The notes under the pieces: model-generated
What the model was told of the DNA's origin: nothing
Databases searched by the model: none
What the model saw: only the letters and a program-made list of their open reading frames with translations
Program-made: the position numbers and the translations under genes
Shown: piece after piece, positions 15,084 through 30,383 of the stretch
Layout of the letters: every line of letters starts with the position of its first letter
How positions within the stretch are numbered: the first letter of the stretch is position 1
From: Lingula anatina
Lineage: Eukaryota; Animalia; Brachiopoda
NCBI GenBank assembly: GCA_051362555.1
Contig: CM120642.1
Location: 9,424,001 to 9,488,000, forward strand
Direction of reading: 5' to 3'
DNA length: 64,000 nt

Positions 15084-15533
15084 TATTCAGCCATTAGTAC
15101 ATTAGTATGTTTTTCATAGTAACTATAAATATTTTCCACCATGTGAATGTGCAACATAAGATCAACCCAGAAAGTCAATACGATCCCTTCCTTAACTCGC
15201 CCGCTGTGCAGTGACATATGCATCTTCACAAAAATTAGAAACTGAGTGATTTTTTATATCCCGTCATTATTTAATTTTGTTTTGGTGTGCGTTTTGTCTA
15301 TCAAGGGGCGATTAGTTTCTTTCTCTTAGAGTATTCTTGTCGTGCTTCGGTCTGATAACCGGAAAATCGAAATTATATGATATGAATTCACTTTTCGTGA
15401 ACTTAGCAACAGATTTATTTGTTTTCTGACTTGATGAAAATGATAAACACACTCGTTCTTTCTTCGCTCATTTGGTAATGTTAAACTGAGGTACTTTGAT
15501 GTTAGGAGCCAAGGCTAAACAACTCAATGGCTC

Positions 15534-16947
15534 CCCAGCAAACACAAAACGTTCTTACCACGTGGAGAAATGTGGTATATATGTGACGTGGGAAATCAAC
15601 GTTTTATCAACGTTATCACCAAATGTTAAACATCTAATCTGTTCCCAGCAAAAACATCACCTTCGTACCACGTTGCAGAATGTGGCTGCAACGTTACTTT
15701 GGATGTGAATCTCACGAATTACGTGATAGTGATTTCCACGTGGGAACCACGTTATTTCAATGTGATTCAACGTTTATTAGTAATAAGGAGGGGTTGCGGT
15801 ATACACGTTGCATCCCCACAATAAGTATAACGTGGCTGCAACGTTCCATTCAGTGTGATTCCCACGATTTATGTGAATGTGATTTCCACGTGGGAACTTG
15901 AACGTGAACGTGTTTTTGCTTAAATCTGTAACAGCTAGGTTTGAAAGTGAAACATACACGTTACAGTCCCAAATTACAGATGACGTAGAAGCAACATTAA
16001 TTTGAATATGATTTCTACGTAAACCTGTACGGGGTTTGAACGTGGAATACAAGTTGCAGCCACATGTAACATACAACATGGCAGCAACGTTACTTTGAAC
16101 GGGATTCCCACGTAAATCTGTAACGTGGCAGCAACACTGCTTTGAACGTTATTCCTTCGTGAATCTATGAGAGGTTTCAGTGTGGAATGCACGTTGCTGC
16201 ACCACGTTACGTTAATTTTAATGTGATTCTCAAGTAAATCTGTAACGTGGCAACGTTATTTTGAACGTGCTTCCTACGTAAATGTGTAAGAGGTTTCAAT
16301 GCTGAATACACGTTTCTGCACAACGTTACATATAACGTGGGAACCACGTCCAAAGTAACGTTCACGTTACCTATAACGTGGCAGCAACGTTACTTTGTAC
16401 GTGGTTCCCACGTTTTATGTAGCGTTGCTGCCACGTTATAGGTAACGTGGGGGTGAAACATGTATTCCACGTAAAAACGGTTACAGATTCACGTGGGAAC
16501 CACGTTCAAAGTAACGTTGCTGCCACGTTATAGGTAACGTGGGGGTGAAACATGTATTCCACGTTAAAACGGTTACAGATTCACGTGGGAACCACGTTCA
16601 AAGTAACGCTGCTGCTACGTTATTGGTAATGTGGGGTTGAAACGTGTATTCCACGTAAAAAATGGTTACAGATTCACGTGGGAACCACGTTCAAAGTAAC
16701 GTTGCTGCCACGTTATAGGTAACGTGGGGGTGTAACGTGTATTCCACGTAAAAATCGGTTACAGATTTACGTGGGAACCACGTCCAGTAACGTTGCTGCC
16801 ACGTTAAAGGTAACGTGGGGATGAAACGTGTATTCCACGTAAAAAACGGTTACAAATTAACATGGGAACCACGTTCAAAGTAACGTTGCTGCCACATTCA
16901 GTGAGACGTACCTACCACGTAGTGTCAACGTGGACTTGTTTGCTGGG
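15534..16947. mobile_element. Non-autonomous fold-back DNA transposon, probably CMC/EnSpm (CACTA-like), with internal ~92-bp tandem and inverted repeats
   Basis: TIR CCCAGCAAACA (15534) ... TGTTTGCTGGG (16947), flanked by TC on both sides (2-bp TSD). A ~91-93-bp unit recurs at 16501, 16593, 16686, 16779 and 16870, with inverted degenerate copies at ~15950-16400. No transposase ORF. Superfamily is inferred from the CCC ends, 2-bp TSD and subterminal repeats. Confidence 0.8.
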
Positions 16948-19900
16948 TCTTACTCTGATGTATAAACGGATGGAAATTGTTCTATTTCGTATTTTATCTT
17001 GTTCCTAACAACGGCAGGCTTACTTCAAAACCACTGTCCTTTAAAAAATATCATTAGTATGGGCTTAGATAACAACTGTATATTCGTTGCAGAATGGTTT
17101 CAATCAGTTGATACGTTCCAAGATATACCTATAACCTGACAGTGAACACAGGCATTTGCTCACTGGACAAAATATTTTGGAGGACCTCTCTTTGTCTTAT
17201 GTTATTAAAGAGATAATTGATGTTTACGGTTGTCGTCGATATTTTTACCACTATTATAGGCAACGAGAAAATAAATATTTGAATATGTATTCAAACCACT
17301 GTTTTGTGTTTTTATCGACGTTGTTTATCAAAACAAGTGTCACCAATTCAAAAGATCAGTACATTATTCAAAACCTCCATTTAGGATTATGTTTTTGTTC
17401 TGACCGCCTGGTTTATCACATCATTTCGAATTACACAAATGCAAATCACAGACTGACGGTAGGACAGACATCTCAACCCAAGTGGCAACGGATTTATTTC
17501 TTAAATCATGAACATTCCCTTAGAGATTTTTCCCGACGTTAAAAGCACTGATTGGTATTCAACGTGTCATTAACTTTTCTTCAAACTTCACAAATGTCTC
17601 TACGGATTGTCAAGCGATTTTGAACATGCACTGAGTGGAAGAATAACAAGTTCATAATGAAACCCCCATACTTGGACATACACGTAGCAGAAAAAAATAT
17701 CCCGGGGGAACCATTAGGAACTTGATTTATGCGCGGATTTCGTGCTGAAGGTTTAATCCAGTAGAGCTGGTCTTGTGACTGGACGGAGTGATTAGTCGCG
17801 CATGGCGCCGCACACACTGTAGCTTGTTCAAGCTGTTCAAGTCAGTTTTGTATCATTTTTTTATGCACGTCACGCGATCAAACTGACGATGAGCGTTTTA
17901 TCCCACTCTGTGGCGAAAAAAGAGATGAGATATTTCCTCTCAACAGCAACTGCATTTTCTCTCACTGAGGATGACGACTTAACAGATTCATCACTAATCA
18001 CATTATTGATCATAGAAGCACGACTATAAAAAAGGGATATATGATAAAATATTTGCTAAATAACAAGATTGAGACAGCAGACTACGAATGACGTCACACA
18101 TTCTCTATCTATAATAATTATTCATTTTGCTTACCCAATGATATGTGGTTTATATTTACCTAAACGGTGTAATTGGTCATTAAATTGGAAATTGCAAGTC
18201 TACACATGTGTTTAGTAGTATAACACTGGAAGGCCTCGCGGCAAAGAACTGCCTTGTGTAAAAACGACTACTACAAATGCCTACCTACATGTGATATATT
18301 TCCTTATCTTTAAGAGCTCCCCTTCTTATGTCAACAAAACTCAAATATTGCCGATGACTTAAATGGACATAATATGCAGAACGTATGCCTTCACTGTTTC
18401 TTCACTTTTGATCCACACTGGCCCAAAACCAGTTCAAATTGCCGCGTGTGAAAAGAACATCCACACTTAAGTCATTTGACAAAATTAATGGAAGCAACAG
18501 TCTAGCGTTTAATCTACTAAGAATGCCCATCTAACATCATGACACATGATTTGCTTGAATATCAATCCGATTTGTCTTTAGAGGAGAAAAAACTGCTTGT
18601 GTGATTTATATAGATCAATTATAGAGGTTAGGCATTTTCTCGAATGTTTTAAACAGCTACTTTTGCTTTGCCACTCATTCATTACTGTTGTATCTTTTAT
18701 CGCAATAAATATGGAAGGAAATGTACACCCAACAAAATATGTAGCTCTATAGATTCTTTAAATTATGGTTAAATGCTATTTCGTTCATCGTTCATAGAAT
18801 GCTGGTCTAAAAATGTTGTGCTTGGAAGAGGGGTTAGAAATTTATCTTAAGAAACACAACATTATGTATTTTTCCTATCATATAGGCCTATTTATTTTCA
18901 AACATATATGTATGTATGTATCAGCTAGCATTAAGAACAAAGCATTAAGAACAAAATTGGCAATATTGATTTAGATAAATGAATAAAACTTAAATAAAAT
19001 ATACATCAATATATAAAAACATAGCACTGAATCAGCGAAGTCATTAGATTAATTTCTCTTATGCTTGTTGGATCTTAATTCTAATTGCAGTCTTGAAGAT
19101 CTTTTTCATAGAGAACTTATATGCAAGTTACAGGTTTACTTTCGAAGTGGCATAAGAAACCGATACCATTTGAAAGTTAAATTCATGTTTAAAGGGGCAT
19201 ATCTTTCTTGATATCCAGATGACATTTTCATTAAATAACAAAATAATATAAAAACATCATTTAACTTCTTTAGAAAAAAATTAACAAACAAGCAAACAAA
19301 ATTACATTGCTGCTGCAATATAATTCTGTTGGTAATATTCACATTTGGGCAAATCACAAAGTGCAAACCAAGACTAACATCCTTCCACCATTCGATCTCT
19401 TCTTCACTTTTTTAAAAATACATCTGCTTCAATCAGGTAATTTCTTTAAAAAAACAACTACTAGTAAAGAATACAAGCGGTTCTCTGCAGGACGGCTTCG
19501 GATAGATAACTGCTAAAACACAGCTCTATTAACCTTTCCATCACCGCCGCTATGTTTTGTTCCATATTCCGTACAGTATCGAGGCACTGAAGAACACTTG
19601 ACTAAGCGTCCCAGAGGCCTGAATCTGATCTCTGTATTCGGGGCTCAGTTAGGGCCTGGGGACCCCAGGGGTACCGCATTAAATCACATTTTACTGTTTC
19701 TGGAGCCCTACACGGAGCAGGGGACGTTACGCAGTTGTTTAATTAGTTTTATGAAAATGAAACCGTGGTTTTGATTTCTATCATTCCGCTGAGGAGAAGA
19801 CAGACTGGCAGAATTATATCCTTTTGGAGCCTTTTCATCAGTATATATTTGTTATTTTGAGGAATAATATATAGATGAGACTGAGTTTTATCCAAATGAA

Positions 19901-21156
19901 ATTCCCAACTATCTCAACCTCTATTTCTTTCTCATATCTATTCTTCATATATCAAGACACTTGGACTCAACTCATTGGGTAGTCTTCACATTGGTATAAA
20001 CTACATGTGAATGTTAATTCACACAGCCAGATGCTTGCTGCGAAACACGCCAGAATACAATTACCCTTAATTCACAATACCGAAAACTAACACTCGTGGC
20101 AAAACTCCATGTCTTTTTATGGACACCACTAGTTCTTGGAAGATATCGCTTTCAGAGGGATTACGAATGTATAAAGCATTTGCCATAGAACAATATTTGA
20201 ATTTTTAAAACAATTTCCGTACTTTAATTCTAGTTATTGTGTATTGTTGCTGAATCAGCAGTTGATACGTATCTCGCTTCTAACTGTTTCAAAACCAGTT
20301 GAATGTATTCGTATAAATCCCAGTTGCAACTACAGCTGATTTCGAAACAATGAAGGCAACAGTCTTGGATTAAAAGATTAATTGCAATAACTAGGCGATG
20401 ATTGCATGCTAATTCTACGAAACCAGCTTATGCTTGATTTGATCTCTTACTTGATGTTAACTATTTTAGCCAGTTCAAATTCCACATAGATAACATGAGA
20501 CTCATTTGAGCAGCGCTTAGAGATCGCATGTGTCAGCAGACGATCACTAAATCAGCAGACGACCACTTAATTAATCACGTGCCCACGTGGAACCGCCATT
20601 GTGGTAAACTTGAAACCAAACTGCATTCATAATCAACAAAACTTGTCAGTTCATTTTTCTCCTTGACGATTGGGATTTTTTCACCATTTTTGGCAAAACA
20701 GATAATCAGCCAAGGAACGAAAGATCAATAACTTGATCAATGGTTGAGAATCTGATATGGTCTACATATTCGTGTTCTGAGCTTCAGAGTTCAAAACATA
20801 TTTGTGTTCCGAGCTTTAGAGTTTTCAAAACATCCACAATTCTGCCCTTCTGACCAATTTAAGATTTTCTGCACCTATCGGCAGTTAATCAGGAGTTACA
20901 TCAGGCAGGAATCACAACGGCACATCTGTGATTATGGCTTTAAGTTTGTTAAGTGTGGAACTCATGTCAAAATAGTTTAAGTCAAAACAGATAACCTCTA
21001 ATAGCTTGTTGCAATAATAGCCCTAATACATTGATCGATTAAACCTAAAATTATATAAAACTGACGTATAAGTAACAGTCAAAAGAAGATGTTTTTGGTC
21101 TATCTTTCCTGTCTTGTTAATGTATATTTAGCGGCTACTTTTTTGAGATTGGAACC

Positions 21157-21158
<2 letters not shown>

Positions 21159-21244
<86 letters not shown>
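21159..21244. repeat. (AT)n microsatellite
   Basis: Direct reading; source of the YIYIYI ORFs. Confidence 0.95.
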
Positions 21245-21247
<3 letters not shown>

Positions 21248-24200
21248 GTGTTGGCAATTACTAAACCAGTAAATGCTCTTTTTAAGCCATGCAAAGAAAA
21301 TGAAATGAAACAAAATCAATATGTTTAGACCCATTAAGACTTAAGCTGCTAATGGCGATACTAGCAGTTACAATTCACTATACTTGTCTACAGGGTTATT
21401 TTAACAAACCAAATTCTGCTGACTTCTACACCTAAAGTTGCCTGCACATAATGTCCCGTTACTGTATATGTTTATTAGCTGAAAACGTTCAGAGTAACGA
21501 AATTATGCGATTTTATTCTTAATACTATGTATTAGCACCCGTTCAGAGGGTTACTAGGACCTCATATAATTTGCCGTAGAAATTTACGTGCTCGCTTTCT
21601 TTCGCAGGATGAGGGGAACCCCTGGAATAGTGCGTCCCTCGGGTCAGTGGCTTATCGGGTTTCCTCGAATCACTGGTCCCGCTTCATCATCGAATTACGC
21701 TCGTCGTATTTAGCTTTTCTTTGTTTAACCATTACCAAGATGTGATCTTCTTATCAATTGATATCTGGCCCCTTCCTTATTAAGTTATTAATGAGAATAA
21801 TCCAGTTATCCGTATTATTTCTCCTACAAGAGCAAAATCTGCAGGGGCTAGGCAACCCTCCTCCGGCAAGAAATGAAGTGATCTTTGAAGGGGAGAGCCA
21901 ATATCAATTGTGTTGCTATATTTGAACACGGAAACAGCCCAATAATTGATACGTATACATAAAGGCCCATGTTGAAATCTTCTCGGTTACAATACCACTG
22001 CTCTTTAACCCTTGAGTATGTGCTTTTTTTAGTTAATATACTTGAATGTAAAACTTTTTGCTTGGATAATCATATAAGCTTAAATTAAGAAGTTATCAGT
22101 TACCTTTTTTCTTGAAAGGATTGACGAACGGCAGTAGCTGGAAGTCTTTTAAGACAATTAGAACAGAGCACCAGATTTACATTTTGTCCAATTAGTCATA
22201 ATGCACATGTAACTAAGATCCTCGCGTAATTTGAGAATCCCGCCAGTCCGCGTGGAATTCGTATTTTATAGTCAAGATACGAGGTAGGATTGGTCCATAA
22301 ATCTGTTCTAAAATTTGAGATATATTCAATTTAACTAATTCAGATATCACGTCTCAAATAATCGCCGAGAGATTACAATATTTCTGACGAAGAAATAATC
22401 GAATGAGACACGGGCAGTCCCTTATGGGTAACAGAAACCGAAATATACGTGCCACCAAGCGATGAGGTGAATGCGCAATGCATTATTAATACATCTTGTG
22501 CTGAAATGGTGAACTTGCAATGCATGACACTTAGGTTTTTGTTTATCTTACAAAGAAAGGTTGGCGTGAGTCTACACTGCATGTTGTTAAAAAGTTGAGA
22601 TATAGTCCTCAAAGTGACTCTGCAGATTCGTGCTGATTCGTACGGATGAAACTCTCATTTTAACATTTTGGTTTTGCATAAGAAAATGTTCCAGCAAAAT
22701 ATCAAAATAAGACAGAACAAAGTTTTCGTTTCAAATTTCAATTTGAAGGAAACAATTATTCGACATTTTCAAATACTTTGTAAATTCGTAAAATGACAGC
22801 AGATAAAACTCACAGCAGGAAAAAAATTATCCTTTTCTCTGCATTCCATACTTATGCAAACTTAGCATGTTCGAAGTTAAGAAGAACATCAGCAGTATAT
22901 GCAAAACGCGACTGCGCAGAGATTTAAAAATTTTCCAAGTCATAAATTAAGAATAACTTAATGTACGGACCTGAACATTGAGTGAAGTTGATGACAATAA
23001 CGATCCAAACATGATGAAGACTAGATAACTAAAGCATTGTTAATATCAAAACCTCTACCTAATGCGACCCGAGAATGAGCCATTTAGAGAGCATTCACTT
23101 GATTGGATCTGCACACAAGGGAGTAGAAAAGATCAGGGATAAGCGACATCAGTCTCTGTTTTTATAACCGTCACATCAAAAGGCGGGGAAACATTTTCTT
23201 AATTGACCCTTGTAATGAGATGAGGCCTCTCTGGGTAAGGTTTGTTATGGGACCCATGGGAAACAGGGCAGACGCGCGTAAAATGTCGTGCCCGTTGGAC
23301 CATGTCTCGCGACACTTTGGCAAGCTCTTTGGTAAGCGGAGATGCTGTTTAATTACATTAACCCATGATAAAAAGAAATTCTATATTGTTATGGCGCGAC
23401 CTTAACATGGCGACATCGGTGTACATGTATTAAGTGTCAGACTGTCATTGTTTTATCCCTATGGCATTTCATTTTTGACAATTTTAATGATGGTTACGCA
23501 TAGATGCACTGTGCCAAATCGAGAACTCACTGTTCTCCGCCAAAAGTGTGGTTACCAATTCAAGGAGGAGACTCATTGTCGCGAAAGGCCCCAGAATCGG
23601 GAACTGTTTAGTTCTCCATATTTTCCCTAACGTTAGATGTAGGATTCGACTTCATTCATTCATTCTTTAAAAAAAACCTTATCCATCGACCTTACCTTTT
23701 GAAATTTATTTCAATCTCTCACTATTTTTGTATTTTCTCGAATTTTGATGTAAAAGAGCTAATAATGATCAAAATGTAAAGATAGTATTAACTCCTCCCC
23801 TATGCATTTAACTAAAAATAATTAAGTCACTACGGTTTAAGAAAAGTGGCTTGTTCCTAGTAAGGACCGATATGATAAAAGAGAGAATAACTTACTCCAT
23901 TATTGATTCCCTAAATAATTGCTTGTGTGTTATATTTACCCTGGAGTGTATTTGAATTAGTAAACTTAGCAATTGATAATCTTTAAACTGATCAAAATAG
24001 ACCTCAGTTCGAAATCCACATAACCGTAAAAATATGGTTATAATATATCACTATCGCTGTGTACGTTTTATCTTATGTTCTACACGGTCAGTTTATACGT
24101 ACGTCTTCCAGGTTATTTCCTTTTCAGAAAGAGAATACTTTGAAAAGAATGAATACTACTTTTTACAAACTTAGGCTAGTTTTTATTTACCAAGGGTAAT

Positions 24201-27200
24201 TTAGGAAATACGTATTTCAATTTGACAACACAAATATCAATTGCAAGAGGATACGTTTCACAATTTCACGTCGATTTTGAAAAGTGCGATATATTCTGAC
24301 CTTGTGGAATTTTTTCGAAAGGCCAATTTCATAATGGTTGATGTCAAAGGAAAAAAAGAACGATCAATTTCTAGTAGAAAAAATTGTTTAAGGAAATCGG
24401 AAAGTGGAGGCCGGTTAGATGCTGGTTTTGCAGGCCTTGGGTTTATTTACTGTGCCTCTGGCGACTACACACACACTGATACTATGCATACATAGGCCAA
24501 CCGCCAGATTCTACACGGCTTACTTTCGGAATTAATTGAACGTTGTCTGATGCAATTATGAAGTTTACTGAGTGTGGTACAGTCTCGAGATTTAATGGTG
24601 AAACATATTTGATTGGATATTACCCCAGGCGAAGATTGGCCCTTTTTCATTTTCTCCTCCGCGGACGCTAAGCTTACGCCGCTTAAACCAAAACCGTTGC
24701 TGGTCTTAAACAAGTCACATTTATTTGCAAGGCATTGCAGTTCCGAATTCTGTAGAAATATATAATTACTTATTACAAATATATAATTATAGAATTTTTT
24801 AAGTTTGAAAAGTGTATTTGCTTAATTGCACTCTAATCACACGCAACAAACATATACTAAACAAAAGAATAAAACATGTATACATACTAGCTAAGCGCTG
24901 TATGTTGGAGTGAGAAGAAGGGTGGGGAGGGGTGTGAGATCGGACTCATTTTTCAGTGGCGCTTGCTCTCTCTACACATCGTAATTGAAAATATACATTC
25001 GAGAAGCTGCCCACAAAACTTTCATGGCTCACATAACTTCGTTTTCCCCTTTATCTGTGGAGTAATATTTCTCATTAATGAAACGATTGTTTCCAAAATT
25101 GCATATGTTTTATTCACCCCGATAAAATAATGAATTGAAAAAAAACTTTAATGAATTAGCTCTTAATAAACACCATAATGGGATTTTTCTGCCTCGAGTA
25201 AACTTAAATATACCTTGAATGTTTGCTTGTTTGAATAAGAAATCAACCAGACACTCCACAGTCACATTTTTATTGATATTTTCAACAATAAATTTATACC
25301 TATTGAAGTCAGCCCCTTGAGCTGTGTGAGTGTTAAGTAGATTGACAAGGCCAGTTTGGTTTCAATTAACAGATGACAGCTGTCTATGCCTCACGAAATG
25401 TCACCAGAAGATAGAAACTACCTCGACGAACGCGAGAGGAGGGGCGAAAGAAATCTTCCCCACTGTTGCCAAAAGGTGTAAATGCACCGTCAAATATGCT
25501 CGAATTTCTCAAAGATAAAAATCCCATTTTCTAACGTGGCGTTCTGGTAAGCGTGTGCTTAAAATGTCCCCACGACCCAGTATGTTCTCCCAGTCGCACG
25601 TTCCACGGGGTTCAAACCACTTGAGAAAAACACATGTAACAGGACGACGGGCAAACAAATACCGATATTCAGTAAACTACATACCACTTGAAAACGTCCA
25701 CTCCTTGACAAGCAGTACAAACATCTCAAAATATCAAAACAAATACTGACGACAAAACCGTAAACGACGTGGTTTCTAGTAACGGGTAAGTGATACGGTA
25801 CTCTAACAAAATCAATGCAAATTAGAAGCAGTTTTATTTTTGAGCACCCTCACTACAAAACTGTGAACGCTGGAGACTGGAGTAAACCGTAAATCTATAC
25901 GGAACTCCGACGAAAAATCAATACAAATCAAAAGTAGTTTTGCGTCGAGCACACTCTTAACATTTCGAGTTAGTAAATCGCTGCAGGCCGTTTCTAAATC
26001 TAACTTAAGGATGTGATTGAAGGCTTTACTTAATTTCTTCCCGCCCCGGTCACGTTAGACCAATGTTTACAGTCAGCCCTTGCAGACCGATATTGCTACA
26101 TAAAATATCGATCATTGATAGATGCAAACACAGATTGCGACGTTCTCTCGCACAGGGCTCCACAAAAGTTTATGCCTGTTATAATTTCAAATTCTTCTAA
26201 AATGATTAAAAAAAGAAAAAAAAAAACATAAAAGTGTTTCATTATAATATGCTGATTTCCTCCAATGTACCGATATTCCCCAAGAACAAACTCATCTTGT
26301 TATTTAGAAATTAGTTTGTTGGTAAGTATAATGTAATCATGTGGTGATTACGTTTTGAAAGATCAAAGGAAAGTATGATGTAAAACTGGTTCCTTTTTTT
26401 TTGTAACAGCATGAGTGGGAACAGTATGTATGAATGGGATCGATGCTTTAATGAAATGTTACCGCAAACAAACATTAATCCCTGCTATACTTTCCAATTG
26501 CTTTTTCACTTTGATGCAAGAAATGACAAGCTCGACGAATACTACATTCATCATCCGGTGTGGTGTCATTCATAATCGAATTTAGAATGTCAGTCTTTAA
26601 TATTTTACTGCAAGTAAATTAGTCAATGTGTTATTTTTTATATTTTTGTTGTTTTGCTCTGTTGTTTCTGACTCATTTTGGTGTAAATGTTCAAGTAACA
26701 ATTTAATTACTCAATAATTGATTAATTTCCCCATAACGTTCCGTGAATATCATACTTATATACGTTTCATTTTCCTTACGATATTCTTGCGTAAGATCCA
26801 ATTCTTCATTCCGCACGCTTTAAGTCGTAACAGATTTAAGTCTGAAGTCTTTATTTATTATTTCGGTTATTCATTTGATTTTTCCCATAGTCTTGAAAGG
26901 AATATTAACTGCTATTCAATTATTATTCTGTTGCATTGTTGGGTTATTATGAGGCTGTCCAAATCTTTGCTCCGAGGACTGCACAGCACCTTCCGACGTA
27001 TTTAGATTTACAATTACTTAACACACGGAACAATTAGAGCAATTAACCAAATCATTAACGCCTGCGGGTCAAAAGCTCATCAAATATTATTAGAAGTTTT
27101 ATACACATATCTCGTTATTCAGAAATGTTTACATTATAGAAAACCCGATATAATATAGGACTACCGTAGCACGCACCTAGAACAGATTGTGGAATTCTCA

Positions 27201-30200
27201 GCCGTGAATGAAGAAACGGTTTGGGATGTGTCCTGCAGTAGATTTATGACTCCAATATCATGCTGAATTAGTAAATGCTTCATTGTAAATCATCTCTACC
27301 GTTCAAAAAGCGTTGCCGGTGTGCAAATGTCTACACGAAACTCCACAACGCTTAAAGATTGCTTTTCTTGCCATTTAAGCGAAAGTCTGAAAAGTTCTAC
27401 GAAAGTGGAATATTTTGTTAATCTAGAATTTCACGCGAAACTAAACAATGTAGTATATGAAGGAGATGTAAATGTACATGAGCTGAAGCATTTACAGTGA
27501 TACACCAAACTATGTATCTGTTTTTATTGTTATGTCAGAGCTATGATTGCAGGTTATCAACGTAATAGTTCTTAAATGCGAAGAGCTTATGCTTATCATG
27601 CTGTTAACAGGATTACTCCACTCAAAAATGAAGAGAATCGATAACGATAGTAAAAAAAATCATACAGCAGGCAGCTCGGGAGTTATTTTGATGGTTATCG
27701 CAGCTGATTCTTGCTACATTTATACATATATCTATCTTATTCATTGGAAATATTCACCTATATCTCCTGCAATGAAAATAATAATTTCCTACGGTTTACC
27801 ACAAATTATTACCTCTCAGCTAGTGCCATTTTTTAAAAATTAAATCAATCATTTAATGTAGACCATTAGGGAAACTATTGGGATTACCTCTGAGAGCGTT
27901 CGTGACCGTTAGAACCTGGAACACGACTCCCCAGGTCCGACCCCCAGTGCGTTCCGCGTCATTTGTTTGATTAGGGATCCATTAACAAAATGTTCATTGG
28001 TTGAATGAACATGTGTTTTTCTCGTTTTCGATTGCCCTTATTTTTTATTCATGGCACTCATTGGGTTGTGCTATTAAGTGTCATTGTTAACTTTTGGCTG
28101 TCCATTACTTGGTGCAACTGAAAGCACAGCGGTTGGGCAAAATAAATGTGAGAGTTTAAAATTTGGGGGAAATTATGTGACAATTACAATTCTAAAATAC
28201 TATACTTGAACTCGGGTGACACTCCAAAGAGACCTGCCAATGGGTCATTTTGGAACCACAGCGGATCTTGCCATGGCAATCCCTTATGCCACACTCTTCA
28301 TTCATTCTAAAACCCTCGGATTTACACCACATATATAGTTTTAGCATTGCACAATTATACGACAGTTAGAAGAATGTAGAGTCTGTGTGAATATATTTAC
28401 CATCATTTTACAGTTTACCACTTGTTTGTTCCTGCAAAGTGCTGTAACTGTTTGATTTATGCGTTTTTGATATTGACGCCTGAACTACGCATACTACATA
28501 CATGTACGGTCGAATAGAAATATCAGTTTATAAACAAATCTCATTGAATTTTCTTTTCGGTGGCCAAAATTGTTTCCCGTATGATGTGGGTATGGGCGCC
28601 CCCTAAAAAGCAGATATTGAGGAACATATGTTAAATTTATAGGTAAATAATGTATTTAAGAAGACACAGTGATTTTCAACATGATACTAATTATCATAGT
28701 ACGTGTATAGGCGAATGCCGTCCATGTGTCTACCGGTTACTGTTCCAGGACTAAGTCCTCCGGTAGACACATGTGATTGTCCAAGGAGTCCCTTGTCCAA
28801 TTGGATAGTTAAATTCCGTGTACCTATACCCGAATCTGTTGCCTTGAAAAGCCTCAATAAATCTAAATACTTGCAACATTAAGATCTATGGTCTGCTTTT
28901 TTCTGAATCGCAAGGTTAACGTCTACATGTCTTTGAACTAGTGACATTATTATAGACTGGTTTCAGATTTACTCATTGTCTCTATGTGACAACAAGGTCC
29001 ATGTATGTTTTAAAAGTATTTTGCAGTTTCCCCCAGATTGTCTCAACATAACGCTATGGGTTGCTTTTGATTAATAGGAGTTTTGTGTCTGGATTGATGT
29101 CATCTATTCGCCACGGACCATTGTTCTGCTGGAACTAAGACAAGGGTCAAATGCTGGGGCCTCTACGAGGAAAATCCAAGTTATGTTATCGCTAAACAAA
29201 ATGGATCACCACGTACGTCTCATTATTTCACCAAGTCCACAGAGAGAAGGAGGGCTCACACTGTACAAGACTGGCAATGTACATGTAGATGTTCATCGTG
29301 GTTTTCAGTGTTGCATATTCTTAAATACATGTAGTTAATACACACAGATACACCCTTGTACACAGGCAGATGGACAGTCGGAAGCTTGATTGAACGTATT
29401 CACATCACAATGGTACTTCATACTTGGTTTTTAAAGATTGATATTAAAAAAAGTAATGATAAAGTTGGTTTCAGGAACGGTTGCACACCTTCTGAGTGAG
29501 AGCGTTAAAATATCCCCTCCATCGTAAACGGAATTATAAAATTAAAAATTTTCAAGAAAGTGACACAAATTCCATAGATTTACTCGGATGAAACATCCGC
29601 CTTGAGCAATTTCAAGCTAACTTAAGTTAATGGTGTGTTGCGAACAGGTTAAAAATGACGTAATAGTATCTTTACGCGAGTTACAACTGTAGCATGAATA
29701 TTCATCCCAATGATGAAAGAAGCATACAGTGCCCTTTAAAATACTGTGACAGACTTCGTTGTGATATTTTCTTTAACGTATTTGGAAAGTTGGGTTTGTA
29801 TACAGAGCGTTATGTCCAGCAATGCAATGTACCCACGTGGTCTGGCGTCTTTAAGTAGTATATGATGCTGATTACTGACTGAATGAATTATCGATTGCTT
29901 CATTGTTTCTTGAAAAGACGGAGATTTGTTGCGTTGTAATGCACGAAAATCTGGTTTTGAGCCCCCCGATTTACGCGCCGCCTTCGAGAATGATGAGATA
30001 AGGTAGAAAATAAATCTTAATCGCCCCATGTTGGAAGAGATTAAGGGTCCCCAATGATAGCTATTATGAAGATTTGTCGGGCGGATGGTTAATGAATCGT
30101 AGGCTGTTATGAAACATTGAGAAGTCTTTGCGTCGATTATCTCGAATAAAAATGGGCATTAGTAGTAATATTTGTAAGATACCACATGCTTCCGTAATTC

Positions 30201-30328
30201 TAGTTTACTATACCGGCTCCGTAGTAAGCTTGGACGCTCGATTGATCAAGAAGAAAAGGATCTTAAATGTCCCACAGGTAATATGTGTATAAATCCTTTA
30301 CACACACCTGGCTCCCTGTGCTGTGGTG

Positions 30329-30331
<3 letters not shown>

Positions 30332-30380
<49 letters not shown>
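30332..30380. repeat. (AG)n microsatellite
   Basis: Direct reading. Confidence 0.95.

Positions 30381-30383
<3 letters not shown>

Noticed and set aside
16410-16900. Regular repeats resembling a CRISPR array
   Set aside because: Whole ~92-bp units repeat with no unique spacers; eukaryotic context; inside a TIR element.
21089-21334. ORFs with YIYIYI, poly-N or ERER runs here and elsewhere
   Set aside because: Microsatellite translations.
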